Positions 60,429 to 64,000 of a DNA stretch of 64,000 nt are shown here, in pieces. The stretch is from Acidiferrobacterales bacterium. GTDB taxonomy: Bacteria; Pseudomonadota; Gammaproteobacteria; Acidiferrobacterales; SPGG2. The position numbers and the translations under genes are program-made. The stretch is taken from the NCBI GenBank assembly GCA_046760105.1, contig JBHIDJ010000005.1:4557-68556 (forward strand). The letters run 5' to 3'. Below the pieces are notes generated by a model. The model did no database searches. It was given only the letters and a program-made list of their open reading frames with translations, and was not told the origin of the DNA. Position 1 is the stretch's first letter; every line of letters begins with the position of its first letter.

Positions 60429-61407
60429 TACTCGTCGCAATCTTGTCTTTTACCAGCTGTGCTACGCGCACCGCTTCGAGGCCGACACGGCCGTCGACCA
60501 CGGGGTGACGACGTGCGCGAACCGTTCTAATGAAATCTTCCAACTCCGCATCCAATGGGGGGCGCGGGGTTATGTTTAAACGTTCAGTAGCGATCTCTGG
60601 CCGGTTACCATCCACATCACTGGGTTGCGTATACAAAATCTCTAGCTGTTGATCGATGTAGTTTAGCCCGTAGTAGCTGTTCTGCCCGAAGACCCGGATG
60701 CGACGGAGTTTTTTGTTCGACACCCGGCTAGCGGTGACGTTAGCGACTGCTCCGTTCTCGAACTCCAGGCGGGCGTTGGCTATATCCACGTGCTCCGTTA
60801 GAACAGGTATACCGACGGCGGCAATGTCCCTAATGTTCGCTTTCACCAACGACATTGCTATATCGATATCGTGGATCATTAAATCGGTGACAACATCCAC
60901 ATCGGTAGCCCGTTCAACGAAGGTGCCAAGGCGATGTACCTCGATAAACCGCGCGTCTTTGACGCGGTCGGCCATGGCCAATACACCGGCGTTGAAGCGC
61001 TCCAGGTGACCGACTTGCAGTATGACCCTGTCGCGTTCGGCGAGCTTGACGATCTCGAGTGCTTCATCGTAATTTGGTGCAATGGGTTTTTCCAAGAGCA
61101 TATGGACCCCACGCTCCAGAAATGGTCGCGCAACCTGCAAATGCGAGGCGGTTGGCACGACAATACTGACAGCATCGACTTTTCCGATTAGCTCGGTAGA
61201 ATCCGTATAGGCCTTACAAGCATGTGACTCAGCCACCGTGCGGGCCGCCCGCGGGTCGATGTCAGCCACACCTACAAGGTCGACGTCAGGCATTTCCTTG
61301 TAGATACGCGCATGGAAGCGTCCCAGATAGCCCACACCGACGACACCTACGCGCACCCTTCGCGTATGTGGCGTCGAAGATGTCGCTAGGTGTTGGCCCG
61401 AACTCAT
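60421..61407 (-). CDS. Gfo/Idh/MocA-family NAD(P)-dependent oxidoreductase
   Basis: N-terminal Rossmann VGVVGVGYLGRFH, an EKP motif (LLEKPIA) and a C-terminal alpha/beta domain. Confidence 0.85.
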   Translation of the reverse strand: MSSGQHLATSSTPHTRRVRVGVVGVGYLGRFHARIYKEMPDVDLVGVADIDPRAARTVAESHACKAYTDSTELIGKVDAVSIVVPTASHLQVARPFLERGVHMLLEKPIAPNYDEALEIVKLAERDRVILQVGHLERFNAGVLAMADRVKDARFIEVHRLGTFVERATDVDVVTDLMIHDIDIAMSLVKANIRDIAAVGIPVLTEHVDIANARLEFENGAVANVTASRVSNKKLRRIRVFGQNSYYGLNYIDQQLEILYTQPSDVDGNRPEIATERLNITPRPPLDAELEDFIRTVRARRHPVVDGRVGLEAVRVAQLVKDKIATSMR

Positions 61408-61509
61408 ATTCGTTTAGGTATGTGGGGGTTGATGACGGGGCGCTGTGCAGCGCCATGGGGCACGCCTACATTATACACGGCCCAACTGTACTCGAGGACC
61501 AAGCGAACC

Positions 61510-63429
61510 TCAGGGAGCTAGCACGTAGGAGCGCGACTCCACAAACACCTGCAGCAGATTCGAATCGACTCTGCCCGACTTCGCCTCGGAATGGAGAATG
61601 TCTAATGCCTTCTCCGCTGGCAGGCTTGCCTTATAGGGTCGATCTCGTGCTGTCAATGCATCATAGATATCAGCAATGGTCATGATCTTGGACTGCACGG
61701 GTATTTCGGAACTGGTGAGCCCACGTGGATAACCACTTCCATCGAGCTTCTCGTGATGGGCGTAAGCGATTTCCGGTAGTCGCGAGAGATTTCTCGTCCA
61801 TGGGATAAGACTGAGGAACGCAAAAGTGTGGCTTACATGCGATTCAATCTGTGCCCGTTCTTGAGGATCCAGGCTACCCTTGGATAGGCTAAGATGCGCG
61901 AATTCAAAAGATTGCAACAGCGATAGTTCCTCACCCTGCTCTCCCGGAAAGGTGTACCGTGCCACCGCATCCAAATCGCCAGGTACCATTTTTTGCGACA
62001 CCGTTGGCTCGTTCAGGCGTAGCACGATTTGCAGAAAATCTTCAAGCCGCTTACCTTCGGAAGCTAACATGTCCTCGACCTCGCGACGGCGCGCGGCGAA
62101 TTCCTCCGGACTCAGCTGCTGCTGGTACTGTAAATCGACCAACCGTTGGTAAGCTTCCCGCGCTATACTCGCGCCTGCATATTTGAAACGCTGTTTGACG
62201 ATTTCTAGCTGGTGCGAGTAAAGCTTCTTTGCCTTAACCAGTACATCTTCGCGAACGCCTACCTTTCCAAAGTCATGTAACAGTGCCGCATAGCGCAACT
62301 CAGTCAGCTCGTCACGCGTAAACAGAACATCGCGCAACCCATACAGCTCGGCCCGATCTACCGCCTGTGCAAGGTCTCGGGTAAAGTCTGCAACGCGAAA
62401 CGAATGCCCAGCGGTGGTCGGATCTCGCGCCTCGATCGCTTGCACCGAAGCTCCGATAAAACCCTCGAAGAGCCGCTCGATATCGTTGTAGAGTATGCTG
62501 TTCTCAACTGCTACCCCAGCCTGCCCCGATAGTGCTAGTGCCACGGACCGGCTCAACTCATCGAAAGGCAATACGTGTTGAACAACGTCTTTCGGTGACT
62601 TTAACAAAACGTCGGCGCGGTCCTTGCGGTTGATAAGCTGCAGCACGCCGACGACTTCATCTGCCTTATTCTTTAGCGGCACCGTCAACATCGAACGCGT
62701 ACGGTAACCGATACTGCTATCCACCGCCGGCGAGAAGCGATACGGAGCCGATTCCGGAATCGTGTAGGCATCGTCAACGCCGACCACTTCTCCGGTACGC
62801 GCTACGTAGCCAGCAATGCTGTATTCGCCGACTAGGGTTTTCTGCGCGTTCGACCTCGCCTCGGTCGAAAAATTCTGCCACAGGCGAAAATACAGCTTGC
62901 CACTATTGTCTTTCGTATAGATGGAAGCGCCGTCTGCATTGGTAAGCTCCCGCGCATGCGTAAGGATCAAATCGAGAAGCGTGTCGAGATCCTTCTCGGA
63001 AGCCAGCGCGCGCCCAATCTCGAGCACACGCTCCAACATCTGGGCGGCCTTGGAATCATCATTGCGCTCCAACAGCGCGAGACCGGATCGCAGGGTTGCG
63101 TACATGGTGTCAGTCGAACAAGCCTGATCGAGTACACCGACAACCAAAGGATGATCTAACAACGCACGGTTTAGCGGTGACTGTGAGTCGTCTCGCCAGA
63201 GGACAACTGCGAGCAAACCGGGAGTGACCCGCAATCGCAGCTCTTCGCGGTTAAGAAAGGTGTCGGCCTGTTCGGGTGTCAACACTAGCAACAGGCGCGA
63301 GCCATCAAGCTCGACCGCATCAGCGGCGGTGAGCCGACCGTACTCACTGTTGGCGGAGAGTCGCTGCAAGACCTCGGGCGTTAGCGCCGCCTGATCGGTT
63401 ACCAGCAAGCGCGTTTGGATTTCCGACAT
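61510..63429 (-). CDS. GAF-domain HD-GYP phosphodiesterase (c-di-GMP signalling)
   Basis: 639 aa with a central GAF-like region. The HD-GYP domain has HDFGK and HHEKLDGSGYPRGL. Confidence 0.85.
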   Translation of the reverse strand: MSEIQTRLLVTDQAALTPEVLQRLSANSEYGRLTAADAVELDGSRLLLVLTPEQADTFLNREELRLRVTPGLLAVVLWRDDSQSPLNRALLDHPLVVGVLDQACSTDTMYATLRSGLALLERNDDSKAAQMLERVLEIGRALASEKDLDTLLDLILTHARELTNADGASIYTKDNSGKLYFRLWQNFSTEARSNAQKTLVGEYSIAGYVARTGEVVGVDDAYTIPESAPYRFSPAVDSSIGYRTRSMLTVPLKNKADEVVGVLQLINRKDRADVLLKSPKDVVQHVLPFDELSRSVALALSGQAGVAVENSILYNDIERLFEGFIGASVQAIEARDPTTAGHSFRVADFTRDLAQAVDRAELYGLRDVLFTRDELTELRYAALLHDFGKVGVREDVLVKAKKLYSHQLEIVKQRFKYAGASIAREAYQRLVDLQYQQQLSPEEFAARRREVEDMLASEGKRLEDFLQIVLRLNEPTVSQKMVPGDLDAVARYTFPGEQGEELSLLQSFEFAHLSLSKGSLDPQERAQIESHVSHTFAFLSLIPWTRNLSRLPEIAYAHHEKLDGSGYPRGLTSSEIPVQSKIMTIADIYDALTARDRPYKASLPAEKALDILHSEAKSGRVDSNLLQVFVESRSYVLAP

Positions 63430-63670
63430 CGAACTCGATCATCCCCCGTTGGGGGCGCCAATCCTCCCTTTGGGCGCCAGAGTACCCCTAATTCCACAGT
63501 ACAGGACGGTTTACTCCTTAGCAATAGCTTTAGAATAGACTAAGCGGGAGCTGACAATTTCGCCGGGAGCGAGGAGCGGCACAAGGAGGTGCCGCTTGCG
63601 GAGCGAAGGGCGCAATTGGGACCGCGAAGCGACTCTGAAGGAGCGAGCCACATGAGCGAAGCGGCATAAG

Positions 63671-64000
63671 ATGAAGGTCCAGTGGGTGAGGCGGTAGAAG
63701 GCGAAGGTCCGGTGAACCTTCGCCCCGCCGAACGCCTAAGCCACGGGTGAGCCGGGGCATTGCAAAGGGTCCGGTGGAGCCTTTGCCCGGCGAACGGGCG
63801 GGCCACGGAAGGCCAGCCCCGGACTTGCAAGCGTAGCGGGAATGCGAAGCGCAGCAAGGCTTGGGCCGGTGCCAAAGCGAAGCAGGGGCGAGACGGAGAA
63901 GTGGCGATGATCCAGTGAATCATCGCCCCGTCGAGCGGGTGTGCCATGGGTGAGCCGGACAAAGGCGAGTGTCCAGTGGACGCTCGCCCCGGCAAACGGG
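63671..64000. repeat. tandem array of ~61-62-nt hairpin-containing units, truncated by the window edge
   Basis: Hairpins GGCGA-N4-(t)CCRGTGR-N4'-TCGCC are at 63700-63724, 63903-63927 and 63964-63988, with a variant GCAAAGG..CCTTTGC at 63762-86 and a degenerate copy at 63859-78. Most are followed by CCCG-N5-CGGG, and the complete units at 63700 and 63903 by GCCAYGGGTGAGCCGG (63740-55, 63943-58). The N4 stem tops differ between copies but stay complementary. Confidence 0.75.

Noticed and set aside
63671-64000. CRISPR array interpretation of the ~61-nt periodic repeats.
   Set aside because: Units are only about 75% identical. The variable parts are the paired stem tops rather than unique spacers, there is no repeat/spacer alternation of constant length, and no cas genes are in the window.
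63540-64000. CsrB/RsmZ-like GGA-motif sponge RNA. One hairpin presents AAGGAG in its loop (63577-63598) and about 10-12 GGA trinucleotides are present.
   Set aside because: The number of GGA motifs is roughly what base composition predicts. The conserved hairpin loops carry CCRGTG, not GGA. It remains only a remote possibility.

Overview
GC-rich chromosomal segment, most likely from a gammaproteobacterium. This is inferred from Pseudomonas-like synteny: aat-bpt-infA / clpA-clpS / cspD / mnmA-purB, with sucA-sucB-lpdA and icd nearby. I saw no rRNA, tRNA, CRISPR array, transposase, integrase or recognisable defence genes, so the window is mostly housekeeping. It holds the N-degron pathway genes, 2-oxoglutarate dehydrogenase, isocitrate dehydrogenase, a dppABCDF peptide ABC transporter, fadD, ilvD, pyrD, purB and mnmA. 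Accessory or poorly characterised content: (1) three paralogous zinc-ribbon/coiled-coil proteins, two bracketing a PQQ-type sugar dehydrogenase and one expanded to about 610 aa behind a consensus-quality sigma-54 promoter; (2) an isocitrate dehydrogenase fused to a C-terminal CBS pair, followed in the same orientation by an APH-fold kinase; (3) a translationally coupled operon of two DUF1538 membrane proteins, a PII-like protein and a CBS protein; (4) an exported redox cluster (cytochrome c4, pentapeptide-repeat protein, cytochrome P460-like, DUF3179, TlpA); (5) a solitary bacterial dynamin-like GTPase; (6) a DUF6502-like plus DUF5666-repeat lipoprotein pair; (7) two gene remnants (secretin domain, ECF-sigma C-terminus); (8) a tandem array of roughly 61-nt hairpin units with compensatory stem changes that runs off the right edge. 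Several ORF-track starts were trimmed to internal starts supported by RBS, signal peptide or paralog alignment. All family assignments come from motif recognition by eye. No database search was run.
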